From: the human T2T-CHM13v2.0 reference genome, Homo sapiens
Reading direction: 5' to 3' (one strand)
Assembly (NCBI RefSeq): GCF_009914755.1
Contig: NC_060942.1
DNA length: 64,000 nt
A model generated the notes under the pieces. That model did no database searches. It saw only the letters and a program-made list of their open reading frames with translations, and had not been told where the DNA came from. Positions 62,295 to 64,000 of the stretch are shown here, piece after piece (the stretch's first letter is position 1; each line of letters opens with the position of its first letter). The translations under genes and the position numbers were made by a program.

Positions 62295-62689
62295 GCTATC
62301 TTTAAAAAAGTAATTTTTTTTTTCAGCCACCAAACATTTCTGTAGTTCAAGTGCAGTATTTTTTCTTGTATTCTTCATTGGCAAGTTATTCCTTTATTCT
62401 GGGTTTATTTTCCCTTTTTCCTGAAGCACAGTCATTAGTTGTTTTTCCAGTGAGTGTTTTAGTCTCTATATGAAAACATTTTTTTCACTATCATTCATGA
62501 TTTTTTTTGAGCTTTTTGTTTTTATTTTTTTCATGGTTGCTCTAGGGATTACAGTATCTACCTACTTAGCCTTTTACAATCTACTTGGAGTTAATGTACT
62601 ATTTCATGTTCTGTAACTACACTTTATGTAGTTCCTGTGTATTTTATCTACATATATTGAAAACCCCATCAATGTTATAGTTTTTAATT

Positions 62690-63565
62690 TTAAAAAATTT
62701 TAATTGAAATATAAATCACATACCATAAAAATCACCCATTAAAATGTTCAATTCAGTGGTTTGGTATACCCACAGAGTTGTACAACCATCACTGTAGTCT
62801 AGGTTTACAACATTTTCATCACTTTCCTTCCCCATATACCCTCTGCAGTCCTAGGCACCTTAAATCTACTTTCTCTCTTTGTAGATTTGCCTATTCTGGG
62901 AGTTTTCATATAAATGGAATCGTTTAATATATGATCTTTTGTTACTTCTTTCACTTGGCATAATGTTTTCAGTTATCTGTGTTACAGCATATATCAATAT
63001 TTTATTTCTTTTTATTGGATAATTTTTTATTGCATAAGTATACCATATTTTAGGTATTTATTAGCTGACATTCAAGTTGTCACTTTTTTGCTATTATGAA
63101 CAATGCTGCTATGAACATTTGTATACAGGTTTTTGTGTGGATGTATGTTTTCATTTTTCTTGGATTATACCTAGGAGTGGAATTGTTGGGCCATATGCCA
63201 ATTCTACATTTTACCTTTTGAAAGACTGCCTGTTTTCCAAAGCAGCTACACCATTTCACATTCCCACCAGCAGTATGTGAGGGTCCCAGTATCTCCACCT
63301 CCTCACTAGCACTTGTTATAGCTTTTTGATTTTTGCCATCTCGTGGTTTTGGTTTGCATTTCCTTGACTGCTGATGATGTTGAGCATCCTTTCATGTTTA
63401 TTGGCAATTTGTATATCTTCTTTGGAGAACTGTCTATTTAGATCCTTTGCCCATCTTTAATTGGGATATTTGTCTTTTTATTATGGAGCTGTGAGAGTTC
63501 TTTATATATCTTAGATATAAGTCCTTTACCAGACATATGATTTGCAAAAATTTTCTATTCTTTAG
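62690..63565 (-). mobile_element. L1MB-type fragment (3'UTR and ORF2 end)
   Basis: gctatgaacatttgtatacagg..., cattcccaccagcagtatgtgaggg, atcttctttggagaactgtctatttagatcctttgcccat; the minus ORF reads ...KTCIQMFIAALFIIAK. Confidence 0.85.
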
Positions 63566-63639
63566 GTCCCATAATATTTTAAAGTGATGAGAATTTTTGA
63601 AATCAGTTTTTTAATTGCATGCTCTTTCCCTTTACCTAA

Positions 63640-63735
<96 letters not shown>

Positions 63736-63981
63736 TAAAAAGTAAAACCAAAACTCATTTGACTTTTATTCCAATGAGTTGTTAGTCAACCTCCTCTCGT
63801 GACTCACTGTATCACCTTAAGATAATCAGATACGTCTTAAAACCTACATGTATTTATGCAGAAAATTAAGAAATAAAAATGCTTATTCTTCTAACTTTAT
63901 GGTATTTTTTAAAGGGTAATACTTTCTGACTTTAAAGGCCTTTACTGAAAAATATTAATATAGTTTTTAAAAGAATGCAGT

Positions 63982-64000
63982 GGGCAGGCGCAGTGGCTCA
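63982..64000 (+). mobile_element. 5' start of an Alu (cut by window edge)
   Basis: gggcaggcgcagtggctca. Confidence 0.7.

Overview
Human (primate) genomic DNA containing the 5' two-thirds of RBBP8 (CtIP, the DNA end-resection factor) on the + strand. A CpG-island promoter (~240-1420) carries at least two alternative non-coding first exons and the miR-4741 hairpin. Twelve coding exons (ATG 3976 to K676 at 63729) splice at GT-AG sites into one open frame of 2028 nt; the gene continues beyond the window. The frame contains the tetramerisation helix and coiled coil, CxxC (C89/C92), LECEE, S327-SPVF, KEN box, PLDLS, IKEE (K578) and S664-Q. Introns are filled with about 42 Alus, L1/L2/MIR fragments, a doubly deleted THE1/MaLR provirus, a MER21-like LTR and DNA-transposon MITEs. 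Repeat family names are from recall and boundaries are approximate. I see no novel gene or multi-gene system. The best leads are: a candidate poison exon in intron 4; a uORF/start-stop arrangement in the 5'UTR; several tandem-duplication or inverted templated-insertion scars (best: an exact 130-bp duplication with a fold-back junction); an L1-derived acceptor region for exon 10; a retainable 81-nt intron 11; and a closely spaced inverted AluY pair.
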